Assembly (NCBI GenBank): GCA_965219535.1
Contig: CBDCNV010000002.1
Coordinates: forward strand, 930,001 to 962,000
DNA: 32,000 nt
Reading direction: 5' to 3'
Source: Opitutales bacterium
Lineage (GTDB): Bacteria; Verrucomicrobiota; Verrucomicrobiia; Opitutales; PNEW01
Each line of letters begins with the position of its first letter. The first letter of the stretch is position 1. The notes under the pieces are model-generated. The model was given only the letters and a program-made list of their open reading frames with translations, did not search any database and was not told where the DNA came from. Shown here in pieces: positions 16,112 to 25,263 of the stretch. The translations under genes were made by a program, and so were the position numbers.

Positions 16112-17269
16112 ATGCAATACACACTCAACCAACTGGGCTGGGATAACCATTGGCAGAATCTTTTCGAAAGAAACACTGCGCCGTATCGGAATTCGATCCC
16201 GGCCCGCATCGCTCGCGTCAATCGCAGCGAATACATCATTCTTAGCAAATTCGGTGAAGGAAGGGCATTTCTGTCCGGTTCCTTTATCGATTCTTGTCTG
16301 GATAACTCCGAGTTTCCCACCATCGGTGACTGGATACTTGTCGATGGCACTAAGGATCTACACACTCCTTTCAGGGTGCAATCGCTTCTCCCTCGAAGGA
16401 ACGCCTTTACAAGGCAGGTGACCGGGCGAAACAACGAGGGACGGCGCAGCTCCAGTCAGATTGTAGCCAGCAACGTCGATTATTACCTGCTCTTGTTTGG
16501 ACTCGATCGCAAAATCAGTGTTAGACTCGTAGAACGCTATCTGACTCTGGTCACGAGCAGTGGATCACAGGCAGTAATCGTTCTTAGCAAATCCGATTTA
16601 CAATCGGATCCGGAAGAATGCTCAGATATGCTTCGTCCGATCGCGGGCGATGCTCCGATCTGTACCGTAAGCGCTCTTAATAACGGGAGACTGGACAGCA
16701 TCTCCCCATACATCAGGGAAGGAAAGACAGTTGCCTTTCTGGGATCTTCCGGGGTGGGAAAAACAACTCTCATCAATGCAATCCTGGGAGGGAATTTTTT
16801 GAAAACTGGAGCCATCCTGCAGAAGGATTATCGGGGTCGGCACACCACCACCTGGCGGGAAATGATCGTCGTTCCGCAGGGTGGAATCATCATCGATACG
16901 CCGGGAATGAGAGAAGTAAAACTGCACGGTGATGAATCGTCTCTCGAGCAAAGCTTTTCCGATGTTCATGAGATATCGAGCCGGTGTCATTTCGCAAACT
17001 GCTCACACCATGGCGAACCGGGTTGCGCCATCGAGGCCGCTCTGCGTGAAGGCACGCTATCGGCCTACCGCTACGAAAGTTTTCTGACTTTGAAGAATGA
17101 AACACGGTTCGCCCACAAACAGGAAAGTACCAGGCATTTCATGCAGACGCAGAGAGCCAAGCGCAAAAAGAAAGAGCGCGCCCAAAGGAAAGATCGAAGC
17201 GAACGCCGGACATCGAAAGTGATCATGCGAAATTTCAAGGTCGAAGAGTACGATGATGATAGTGACTAG
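16112..17269 (+). CDS. rsgA: Ribosome small-subunit-dependent GTPase A (RsgA/YjeQ) with a charged C-terminal extension
   Basis: 385-aa ORF with the circularly permuted GTPase motif order: LSKSD (G4) precedes GSSGVGKTTLIN (G1) and DTPGMRE (G3). It also has RGRHTTT and the zinc knuckle CHFANCSHHGEPGC. Confidence 0.93.
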   Translation: MQYTLNQLGWDNHWQNLFERNTAPYRNSIPARIARVNRSEYIILSKFGEGRAFLSGSFIDSCLDNSEFPTIGDWILVDGTKDLHTPFRVQSLLPRRNAFTRQVTGRNNEGRRSSSQIVASNVDYYLLLFGLDRKISVRLVERYLTLVTSSGSQAVIVLSKSDLQSDPEECSDMLRPIAGDAPICTVSALNNGRLDSISPYIREGKTVAFLGSSGVGKTTLINAILGGNFLKTGAILQKDYRGRHTTTWREMIVVPQGGIIIDTPGMREVKLHGDESSLEQSFSDVHEISSRCHFANCSHHGEPGCAIEAALREGTLSAYRYESFLTLKNETRFAHKQESTRHFMQTQRAKRKKKERAQRKDRSERRTSKVIMRNFKVEEYDDDSD

Positions 17270-17287
17270 GCCTGGATTTCAGTCTGA

Positions 17288-17495
17288 TCAAGTGAGCAGC
17301 CCCTCATTGTCAATCAGCCACTGCACCGATTCACACACAGCTTGCAATGAAGAGTAACGCTGTTGATAATCGATCAAGCGTTTGGCTTTCGCGATGCTGC
17401 CAACTGACTGAAATTACTTCGTGACCCGCTTCGATCAAACGAGGAACAAGGTAAGTACTTACATGCCCCGATCCGCCAATTATTACGACTTTCAT
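17288..17495 (-). pseudogene. Internally deleted NAD-dependent epimerase/dehydratase remnant
   Basis: The ATG at 17495 gives MKVVIIGGSGHVSTYLVPRLIEAGHEVISVS (a Rossmann N-terminus). About 31 codons in, the sequence continues in another frame as SIAKAKRLIDYQQRYSSLQAVCESVQWLIDNEGLLT*, a typical SDR epimerase C-terminus. About 250 central codons are missing. Confidence 0.7.
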
Positions 17496-17505
17496 ATTAT
17501 CTTAG

Positions 17506-18168
17506 TTACTCGTTGGTGTTAATTACCTTGTTATCTGGTTTTCCATTTTTTGCATTAATTCTATGAGCGAAAAGAAGAAACACACCTGGACCGAATGACA
17601 GCAAGGCTATAGCTAGACCTGTAGCTATTCCCAATAATGTAAAGGGTGGTGCACAGCAGTCTTCTCGCTGTCGCGAGATGATATGACTTGGGATGGCAAC
17701 GAGAATTTCAAGTATGCTCCCACGTAATAACCAGCGGGTAATGTAGGTGGTGAAAGCATTCGGGTCTTCGCTCGCAGAGTTCCGGTAAAATACACTCCCC
17801 CAAACGAGCCAGAAAATGGCAAGAATAAGGAGAGCTGGCCAAGCATATAAATAATTATCAACTGCATCTTCACCCCAAATCATAAGGGCGATGCAGCCAA
17901 AGAAACCGAGAGCGAGAGCCGCCATGGGGATTGCCCCAATAACTGAGGAGATGACAATATTGCGTCTTTTTACAGGTCTTTCGCGAATGACAGCGCACGG
18001 CACGAGCAATAAGACTCCCTGAACTAAAAGTAAAACGGGGAAAAACCAAATGTAGAAGAATTGAAGCAATCCTTTATCACCACCGGAGAATGCTAAAAAG
18101 AGGGGTACGACGACGATGGATAGACAAAGGCTATAAAGTAAAAGTGTCAGCAGCACCCAGCGTTTCAT
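17506..18168 (-). CDS. Hypothetical integral membrane protein (about 6 TM)
   Basis: 220-aa hydrophobic ORF. I recognise no family. Confidence 0.65.
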   Translation of the reverse strand: MKRWVLLTLLLYSLCLSIVVVPLFLAFSGGDKGLLQFFYIWFFPVLLLVQGVLLLVPCAVIRERPVKRRNIVISSVIGAIPMAALALGFFGCIALMIWGEDAVDNYLYAWPALLILAIFWLVWGSVFYRNSASEDPNAFTTYITRWLLRGSILEILVAIPSHIISRQREDCCAPPFTLLGIATGLAIALLSFGPGVFLLFAHRINAKNGKPDNKVINTNE

Positions 18169-18327
18169 TCAAACTCCTCAATAGCGGTTTTAATTATCAT
18201 CATACGTATGGCAATCAGCGTCAGTAGATTGGATATCCTATTCTTCAAAACTATAGGGTCAAAGAATTAATGTTTTTAGTTTGCAGAGGGACTTTATCCG
18301 GGATTAGTTTCCAGCCTCTTATAATTT

Positions 18328-19077
18328 ATGGCAACTTTTCGGCAGCGTGTTCTCAAGAGGGAAATTCTCAAAGGCACATTTATTAATTTAGGATCATCTA
18401 TAACAGTTGAGATAGCGGGCAAGGCCGGTTTTGACTGGCTGCTGATCGATTTGGAACACGGTGTGGGAGATCACGAAACACTGGTTCATCAATTACAGGC
18501 GACCGGTAACACCAATGCGCAGCCGTTTGTGCGTATCGCGGCAAATGAAACGCCCCGCTATAAACGTGTTTTGGATCTGGGCGCGCGCGGGGTCATGGTT
18601 CCCTGGGTGAGCAATGTGGAAGAAGCCGAACTCGCGGTAAGATCGATGCGCTATCCGCCGCAGGGAATCCGGGGTGTCGCAAGCCTTAACCGGGCCTGCC
18701 AGTTTGGACAGGATTTTGATAATTATTATGCCACGGCGAATGAAGAGCTGGTGACGGTAGTGCAGATCGAAACGGTAGAAGCGGTGGAAAATGCCGGGGC
18801 AATGGCAGCCATAGACGGTATCGACGTGCTTTTTGTCGGGCCAACGGATTTGACAACGAACTATGGTATCAGCCGTCAATTTGACCATCCGACCTATCGA
18901 GATGCAGTCGCCAAAGTAAACGCGGCCTGTTTTAGTGCGGGGAAAGCGGCGGGAATTCTGCTCGCCAACACCAGCCAGATCAAACAGGCGAAGGAAGACG
19001 GCTTTACCTTTATCGCAGTCGGTTCGGATGGCGGGGTCCTGGCCAATGGGATGAAAAATCTAGTTGAAGCGTTCTAG
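18328..19077 (+). CDS. HpcH/HpaI family class II (pyruvate) aldolase
   Basis: 249-aa ORF. GFDWLLIDLEHG, VRI..N, LDLGARGVMVPWV and RYPPQGIRG match 2-keto-3-deoxy-acid aldolases (HpaI/GarL/YfaU). Confidence 0.88.
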   Translation: MATFRQRVLKREILKGTFINLGSSITVEIAGKAGFDWLLIDLEHGVGDHETLVHQLQATGNTNAQPFVRIAANETPRYKRVLDLGARGVMVPWVSNVEEAELAVRSMRYPPQGIRGVASLNRACQFGQDFDNYYATANEELVTVVQIETVEAVENAGAMAAIDGIDVLFVGPTDLTTNYGISRQFDHPTYRDAVAKVNAACFSAGKAAGILLANTSQIKQAKEDGFTFIAVGSDGGVLANGMKNLVEAF

Positions 19078-19099
19078 GCAACCCGTAGGGTGGGGAGAT

Positions 19100-20065
19100 A
19101 TGATTAAAATATGGTCTGATAGAGCAATCCCTGATAAATATGTCCCTTTATTGGACGGCGTGGCCGAAGAGACCGGCGCACGCGCGGAAACACCGAACGA
19201 GTCCACAGCCAGTTTACCTGGAGCTGATGGAGCTGTAGTGTCCGCAAGAATACAATACAATGGAGAATTATTTGACCAGGTTCCCACCTTAAAAGTTATT
19301 TCACGCACGGGCATAGGATACGACAATATCAATATTCCCGATGCCACGGCACGCAACATTGCCGTCTGTCATACGCCGGATGGGCCTACTATCTCCACGG
19401 CTGAACTTACGATTGGCCTGCTTCTCTCGATTACGAGACAGATTAAAAAATGTGAAGCCGATATGATCGAGGGGCGTAAGATGGAATACATGTATACTTA
19501 TAAAGGCTGGGAACTAGCCGGTAAGACTCTGGGGCTTGTCGGGTTGGGCCGCATAGGGGGCCACGTCTCAAAAATTGCGCGCGGCATAGGGATGGAGATC
19601 ATCGTTTACGATCCCTTTATTTCTCCTGATCGTGCGGTAGAACTGGGGGTTAAATTGGTCCCCACACTTGAGGACGTATTAAAATCCGCGGATGTTGTTT
19701 CTTTACACCTGCCATTATCCGATGACACGCGCTACACGATTAACACTGATAATATAGGGTTGATGAAGAAAGGCGCGTATCTCTTAAATTGTGCACGTGG
19801 CGGATTATTGGAGGAAAAAGCTTTGCTCGGTGCTCTCGACAGTGGTCATTTAGCAGGAGCAGGCATCGATGTCTACGAGAAGGAACCGGCACCACCTGAC
19901 CACCCCTATTTAAATCGTCTTGATATTGTCGCCACACCCCATGTTGCGGGTGTTACCGATGTAAGCAGAGACAGCTTATGGACGACCGCGATTAAACAGG
20001 TGATACAGGTATGCCAGGGTGAAAAACCGGCACACCTTTTAAACCCGGAAATTTGGAAAGATTAA
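19100..20065 (+). CDS. D-isomer-specific 2-hydroxyacid dehydrogenase (glycerate/phosphoglycerate dehydrogenase-like)
   Basis: The track ORF starts at 19064, overlapping the aldolase. I prefer the in-frame ATG at 19100 (MIKIWSD...), which is preceded by GGGGAG. Motifs are GLVGLGRIGGHV (NAD binding), CARGGLLEE, GIDVYEKEP and TPHVAG. Confidence 0.88.
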   Translation: MIKIWSDRAIPDKYVPLLDGVAEETGARAETPNESTASLPGADGAVVSARIQYNGELFDQVPTLKVISRTGIGYDNINIPDATARNIAVCHTPDGPTISTAELTIGLLLSITRQIKKCEADMIEGRKMEYMYTYKGWELAGKTLGLVGLGRIGGHVSKIARGIGMEIIVYDPFISPDRAVELGVKLVPTLEDVLKSADVVSLHLPLSDDTRYTINTDNIGLMKKGAYLLNCARGGLLEEKALLGALDSGHLAGAGIDVYEKEPAPPDHPYLNRLDIVATPHVAGVTDVSRDSLWTTAIKQVIQVCQGEKPAHLLNPEIWKD

Positions 20066-20415
20066 CCAACACAGTAAATAAGTTAAAGATGAAGCAGAAA
20101 AATCTAGAGGAAGCAAAAGCAGTAGAAAACCCACCCGGTGTCGTTCGCAAAACACTGGCTTATAATAAAGAAGCGATGTTGTGTCACTTTACTTTAAAGA
20201 AGGGGGCCAAGATACCCTTACACAATCATCCCCCGGTGCAAATTGGATACGTGGTTAGCGGGCACGCCCGTTTTCTCGGGGACAATGAGTTTGAGGCGAA
20301 AGCCGGAGAAGCTTATTGCATCGAAGCAGGTGTGACTCACGGAACCGAGGCCTTAGAGGACACGGTCTACGTTGAAGTGTTCAGTCCCTCCCGTGAAGAG
20401 TACGAAGATTTTTAA
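20053..20415 (+). CDS. Small single-domain cupin protein
   Basis: 120-aa ORF with the cupin motifs HNHPPVQIGYVVSG and GVTHGTEA. An alternative start lies at 20089. Confidence 0.8.
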   Translation: MERLTNTVNKLKMKQKNLEEAKAVENPPGVVRKTLAYNKEAMLCHFTLKKGAKIPLHNHPPVQIGYVVSGHARFLGDNEFEAKAGEAYCIEAGVTHGTEALEDTVYVEVFSPSREEYEDF

Positions 20416-20476
20416 AGAGCGAATACACGTGAATGCGGATATGCGGTGAAGCGAAAATGTGCGTATGCGGAGAACT

Positions 20477-20560
20477 GGTGGAACGCGCTGTCCCTAGCGC
20501 GTTGTTTAAAATTTATATGAGAATTATGAAAGAAGCGTGCTAGGGACAGCCCGCTCCACC
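20477..20560. repeat. 84-bp mini-element with about 25-bp terminal inverted repeats (GGTGGA...TCCACC family)
   Basis: GGTGGAACGCGCTGTCCCTAGCGCG, then a 34-nt AT-rich core, then CGTGCTAGGGACAGCCCGCTCCACC. Each arm also folds on itself (ACGCGCT-gtccct-AGCGCGT). Confidence 0.8.
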
Positions 20561-20606
20561 TTATAAATAAATGAGAATTAATAGAGAGGAATAGGAGAGG
20601 CTGGAG

Positions 20607-22505
20607 ATGAGTGCGCAAAGAAAATCGAAAAAGATTCGCCTGACGACAGCTCAGGCGATGGTGAAATATCTCCAGGTTCAATACAGTGAAATGGACGGGG
20701 AGAGGCGGCGTTTAATTGTCGGGATCTTTGGCATATTCGGGCACGGTAATGTGACGGGTCTGGGGCAAGCCCTGGAGGAATGCGGAAAAGAATTACCTTA
20801 TTTCCAGGGGCGCAATGAGCAGGGGATGGTACATGTTGCCTCCGGTTTTGCGAAGGCCAGTAAACGCTTATCCACATTCGCCTGCACCTCATCCATTGGA
20901 CCCGGCGCGACTAATATGATAACCGGTGCCGCCACCGCCACGATCAATCGTCTTCCTGTGCTTCTCATTCCGAGCGACTATTTCGGAACGCGTCACCAGG
21001 GCCCGGTTCTTCAGCAATTGGAACACCCCATTTCAGCTGATGTTAGTGTCAATGATTGCTTCCGACCGGTCAGCCGTTTTTTCGACCGCATCTTACGACC
21101 TGAACATCTTCTCACCGCCTTGCCGAATGCCATGCGTGTGCTTACCGATCCCGTGCACACGGGCACAGTAACCATTGCATTTCCTCAAGACGTCCAATCG
21201 CACGCCTACGATTATCCGGCACATTTCTTTGAGAAAAGAATATGGCGGATTGAGAGAGCGTTGCCACAGCCGCAGCGTATTGCCGAAGCGACACAGATGA
21301 TAAAGAAAGCTAAGCGGCCGATGATCATTGCAGGCGGCGGCGTCCATTATTCCGATGCCAGTGGTGAATTACAAAAATTCGTGGATACCTTTGGCATCCC
21401 TGTAGCTGAGACCTTCGGCGGTAAAAGCTGCATTCGCAACGCGACTCCCATGCTCTTAGGCGGGAACGGGGTGGAAGGTACTTCAGCCTCCGTGGAAATA
21501 GCAGCTAAGGCTGATTTAATCCTGTGCATCGGTACGCGGATGGGTGACTTCGCCACCGGATCTCAAACGATGTTTCACCATCCGGAGGTTAAATTTATCG
21601 GAATCAATCCAGCCGGGTTCGACGCCTTTAAAGAGGGGGCCCTTCCAATTATTGCAGATGCGAGGGAAACGTTGAACGCATTGCATAAATCCTGCCGCAG
21701 CGCGGGAGTCAAACCCCGCTCCGCTTATGCAAATGATATCAGTAACGCGATTAGCAAATGGAAAAAAATTACGGCAAAAGAATCTACACGTACATTTCCT
21801 AAAGAGGCGATGAGCCAGGGCCATTTAATCAAGACGCTCAATGACGAAGCTAAAAACGGAGATACGGTCGTTGCCGCAGCCGGCGCGCCACCCGGAGACA
21901 TGCTTAAATTATGGGATTCAACAAGTGGTCGGCGCTGTCTTTTGGAATTCGGTAATTCCTGTATGGGTTGGGAACTGCCCGCCGGATTGGGGATAAGGAT
22001 GACGCAGCCCAAGGGGGAAGTTTATGTCTTTATCGGCGATGGTACCTACCTGATGAATCCGACGGATATTGTAACTGCGATACAGGAAGACTTAAAAATA
22101 ACAGTTGTTGTTTCAGATAATCACGGGTTCCAGATAATCCGGCGATTGCAGATGTGGCGATCGGGAGTCAGCTTCGGCAACGAGTTTCGCAAGCGCGAAA
22201 GAAAAAAAGGAGGGCGTCTAGAGGGCGATTACCTGGAAATTGATATTGCTGAGAACGCGAAGAGCATGGGGGCGCGCGGTTGGCATGTGAGCAATGAAAA
22301 AGATTTAAAGCAGGCCTTGCGTGAAGCGCGGAAAGAAAAACGCAGTTGTGTAATTGTCGTTGAAACGGAAAAGCATCGCTATGCAGCGGGAGGGGGCGCA
22401 TGGTGGGACGCCGCACCAGCTGAAGTCAGCAAGTCACCGGTAACAAAAAAAATACGCGCAGAATATGAATCCGGCCGGAAAAAATGGCAGCGATTCCATT
22501 ATTAA
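20607..22505 (+). CDS. iolD: 3D-(3,5/4)-trihydroxycyclohexane-1,2-dione acylhydrolase (TPP-dependent, IolD)
   Basis: 632-aa ORF. The N-terminus RLTTAQAMVKYLQVQY...GIFGIFGHGNVTGLGQALEE closely parallels Bacillus IolD. The TPP motif is IGDGTYLMN. Confidence 0.92.
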   Translation: MSAQRKSKKIRLTTAQAMVKYLQVQYSEMDGERRRLIVGIFGIFGHGNVTGLGQALEECGKELPYFQGRNEQGMVHVASGFAKASKRLSTFACTSSIGPGATNMITGAATATINRLPVLLIPSDYFGTRHQGPVLQQLEHPISADVSVNDCFRPVSRFFDRILRPEHLLTALPNAMRVLTDPVHTGTVTIAFPQDVQSHAYDYPAHFFEKRIWRIERALPQPQRIAEATQMIKKAKRPMIIAGGGVHYSDASGELQKFVDTFGIPVAETFGGKSCIRNATPMLLGGNGVEGTSASVEIAAKADLILCIGTRMGDFATGSQTMFHHPEVKFIGINPAGFDAFKEGALPIIADARETLNALHKSCRSAGVKPRSAYANDISNAISKWKKITAKESTRTFPKEAMSQGHLIKTLNDEAKNGDTVVAAAGAPPGDMLKLWDSTSGRRCLLEFGNSCMGWELPAGLGIRMTQPKGEVYVFIGDGTYLMNPTDIVTAIQEDLKITVVVSDNHGFQIIRRLQMWRSGVSFGNEFRKRERKKGGRLEGDYLEIDIAENAKSMGARGWHVSNEKDLKQALREARKEKRSCVIVVETEKHRYAAGGGAWWDAAPAEVSKSPVTKKIRAEYESGRKKWQRFHY

Positions 22506-22532
22506 ATTAATTAGTCAATTAAAGGATAGAAG

Positions 22533-23420
22533 ATGAATGTTATGATTGGAACAGGACCGGATTCCTGGGGCGTGTGGTTTGGTGAAGATGAGAAACAGAC
22601 GCCATGGCACCGTTATTTAGATGAAATTGTTGAAGCGGGTTACGAGTGGACCGAACTGGGACCATACGGATACTTACCGACGGATTTTGATACGCTAAAA
22701 TCTGAGCTCGACAAAAGAAACCTGAAAGTGAGTGGGACTTTCGCGATGGAGTTTCTCGATGATCCCGAGTACTGGCCGAGCTTGGAAAAGCAAGTGATGG
22801 GTGCGGGAGAGAATCTCGCGAAGCTGAACTCAAAATACCTTGTCCTCATCGATAACACTTATACCAACCTATTTACCGGTGAACTGATTAAACCCGCTAC
22901 CCTTGATGATGACGGGTGGAAACGATTGATTGATACAACGCATAAAGTTGCGGGAATAGTTAAAGAAAAATTTGGTCTCACGCTGGTTTTTCATCCCCAT
23001 GCGGAAACGCATGTTGAGTACGAAGATCAAATTGAGAGATTTCTTGCCGATACGGACAAGGATCTAATTTTCATTTGTTTCGACGTTGGACATCACGCAT
23101 ACCGGAAGGGTGACCCCGTGAATTTTATGCGAATGCATCATGAGCGAATTCCCTATCTTCATTTGAAAAGTGTCGATGCCGATTTGCAAAAGAAAGTAGA
23201 AATGGAAAATATTCCCTTTGCTGAAGCGGTGGGCATGGATATGTTCTGCGAACCATCCAAAGGAGCGGTCGATTTTATCGCCTTTCGCGACCTTTTAAGA
23301 GAAATCGATTACGAAGGATTCGGAATCGTCGAACAAGACATGTATCCAGCACCATTTGACAAGCCCTTACCCATAGCTAAGCGAACAAGGGAATACCTAA
23401 AGGAAATAGGAATCGGATGA
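22533..23420 (+). CDS. iolE: Xylose-isomerase-like TIM-barrel protein, probable inosose dehydratase (IolE)
   Basis: 295-aa ORF with the AP_endonuc_2-type pattern ([16 protein letters not shown]). It sits between iolD and iolA, and its stop overlaps the iolA start (ATGA at 23417-23420). Confidence 0.7.
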   Translation: MNVMIGTGPDSWGVWFGEDEKQTPWHRYLDEIVEAGYEWTELGPYGYLPTDFDTLKSELDKRNLKVSGTFAMEFLDDPEYWPSLEKQVMGAGENLAKLNSKYLVLIDNTYTNLFTGELIKPATLDDDGWKRLIDTTHKVAGIVKEKFGLTLVFHPHAETHVEYEDQIERFLADTDKDLIFICFDVGHHAYRKGDPVNFMRMHHERIPYLHLKSVDADLQKKVEMENIPFAEAVGMDMFCEPSKGAVDFIAFRDLLREIDYEGFGIVEQDMYPAPFDKPLPIAKRTREYLKEIGIG

Positions 23421-24886
23421 TCACATTTCAAAATTTTATCAATGGCCAATGGGTCGATTCGTCAGCTGTCCAAACACTAAGCGTCAATAATCCCGCGACC
23501 GCGCAGACAATCGCGGAAATTCCCGTGACTCCCGCTGGCGAAGTGGATGAAGTCGTGCAGCGCGCGCACCAGGCCTCGGAGGTATGGATGCGAACACCGG
23601 TGACGGAGAGAATCCAGTTTCTTTTTAAACTAAAATACCTCTTTGAAGAAAATATCGAGGACCTGGCACATGCGATTACTGAAGAGTGCGGGAAGACCAA
23701 AAGTGAAGCTATTGGTGAACTACGCAGGGGAATTGAAAATATCGAAGTAGCCTGTGGTGCACCGATACTGATGCAGGGGTACAATAATGAAGATATTGCG
23801 AGCGGCATTGATGAGCATATGATTCGCCAACCTTTAGGCGTAGTTGTTGCGATAACACCGTTCAATTTTCCCGGTATGATACCCTTCTGGTTTTTGCCTT
23901 ATGCCATAGCATGCGGGAACAGTTTTATATTAAAGCCGAGCGAGAAACTGGGGCTGACAGCGCATAAAATCTTCGCCCTGCTCGAAGAGACGGGTTTACC
24001 TGCGGGTGTCGTACAACTGGTGCAAGGCAATAAAGAGACAGTAGATGCCTTAATCGATCATCCCCTGGTCAGTGCGGTGTCCTTTGTCGGTTCGACTGCA
24101 GTTGCTAAATACATTTACGGCCGTGCAACGGCAAACGGTAAGCGTGCTCAATGCCAGGGCGGCGCCAAAAATCCAATCATCGTATTGCCGGACGCTGATA
24201 TAGAAATGACGACGCAAATGGCGGCGGACAGCTTTTATGGCTGTGCCGGACAACGGTGCCTGGCGGGCTCGGTGGCAATCGCAGTAGGCGATAAGGGCAA
24301 CGAATTTAAGGATGCGATTATCGATGTAGCGAGAAATCGGAAAGTTGGGTACGGTTGGGATGAAGGAATAGAAATGGGGCCCGTAATCTCCGCTGAGAGC
24401 AAAACTCGAATCGAAAACTTTATTGACCTGGGGGCCAAAGAGGGAGCGAAAATAGTCGTCGATGGGCGCGGGGCCAAGGTTAGTGGATACGAGAACGGTA
24501 ATTTTATTTTACCCACGGTAATTGACGAGGTAAACCCGCATGGAGAAATAGCGAAAACAGAAATATTTGGTCCGGTCTTAAGTCTTATCAATGCAAAGGA
24601 TATCGAAGAAGCAATCGCCCTCATCAATAGCAACCGATATGGCAATATGGCTTGTCTCTTTACCTCAAGTGGGGCGGCAGCGCGAAAATTCCGCCATGAA
24701 TGCATAGTGGGAAATATTGGAATAAATATCGGTGTCGCAGCCCCAATGGCGTTTTATCCATTCAGTGGTTGGAAAGATAGTTTTTTCGGTGATCTTCACG
24801 CGCAGGGACGTCACGGCGTGGAATTCTATACGCAGACAAAAGTTGTTGTTGAGCGCTGGCCAAAAGAGTGGAACCGCAAATTTTGA
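23417..24886 (+). CDS. iolA: CoA-acylating methylmalonate/malonate-semialdehyde dehydrogenase (IolA/MmsA)
   Basis: 489-aa ALDH-family ORF with [29 protein letters not shown], catalytic Cys in the GQRCLA context, and [11 protein letters not shown]. Confidence 0.92.
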   Translation: MITFQNFINGQWVDSSAVQTLSVNNPATAQTIAEIPVTPAGEVDEVVQRAHQASEVWMRTPVTERIQFLFKLKYLFEENIEDLAHAITEECGKTKSEAIGELRRGIENIEVACGAPILMQGYNNEDIASGIDEHMIRQPLGVVVAITPFNFPGMIPFWFLPYAIACGNSFILKPSEKLGLTAHKIFALLEETGLPAGVVQLVQGNKETVDALIDHPLVSAVSFVGSTAVAKYIYGRATANGKRAQCQGGAKNPIIVLPDADIEMTTQMAADSFYGCAGQRCLAGSVAIAVGDKGNEFKDAIIDVARNRKVGYGWDEGIEMGPVISAESKTRIENFIDLGAKEGAKIVVDGRGAKVSGYENGNFILPTVIDEVNPHGEIAKTEIFGPVLSLINAKDIEEAIALINSNRYGNMACLFTSSGAAARKFRHECIVGNIGINIGVAAPMAFYPFSGWKDSFFGDLHAQGRHGVEFYTQTKVVVERWPKEWNRKF

Positions 24887-24995
24887 CGAGGAATAATCAG
24901 TGAGTGATATTGTCGGCACCCACACGGATATTTACTACAGTATCAGGGAGTTACGCGCTGGTGAAATTAAAGTTGATCACGTTGTCTCGAATCTT

Positions 24996-25061
24996 GCCAT
25001 TGCGAAGGAGGCGTAGCCGACTGTGGCTACCGAGCGTAGCGACATCTTCCATTCCAGGGGG
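24996..25061 (+). repeat. 'GCCATTGCGAAGG...GCTACCGAGCG...CATTCCAGGGGG' repeat, copy R3
   Basis: Near-identical to R1 over GGCTACCGAGCG(C/T)AGCGACATCTTCCATTCCAGGG. Homology extends about 20 bp upstream (CACGT..TGTC..AATCTTG). Confidence 0.85.
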
Positions 25062-25084
25062 CTGTTAATTACGTGTCCGACATT

Positions 25085-25124
25085 CCCCTGGATCGCCACG
25101 GCAGACAAGCAGCCTCGCGATGAC
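25085..25124 (-). repeat. Partial inverted copy R4, forming a doublet with R3
   Basis: CCCCTGGA...CCTCGCGATGAC is the reverse complement of the repeat termini. A 23-nt spacer separates it from R3. Confidence 0.7.
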
Positions 25125-25263
25125 AATATGGAATTAATTAAACTTGGCTGATCCCCTTTCAACCCGCTCCACTTTGATGTATAGGATTTACAAAACAAAT
25201 ATTTCGAAATATACATCAGAGACGTAGACAAAGAGACTGACGAAGACGAAGATACGTACGAAG

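Noticed and set aside
19064-19099. An upstream start for the 2-hydroxyacid dehydrogenase that overlaps the aldolase by 14 nt
   Set aside because: The extra MKRSRQPVGWGD has no counterpart in the family. ATG 19100 preceded by GGGGAG gives the usual MxKI... N-terminus. This remains uncertain.
20433-20470. Three ATGCGG direct repeats upstream of iolD as a possible repressor operator
   Set aside because: The spacing is irregular (8 and 24 nt) and there is no dyad symmetry. The adjacent GTGAAGCGAAAA resembles the loop of array module B, so this may simply be a degenerate repeat fragment. It is mentioned under the mini-element finding but not called as a site.
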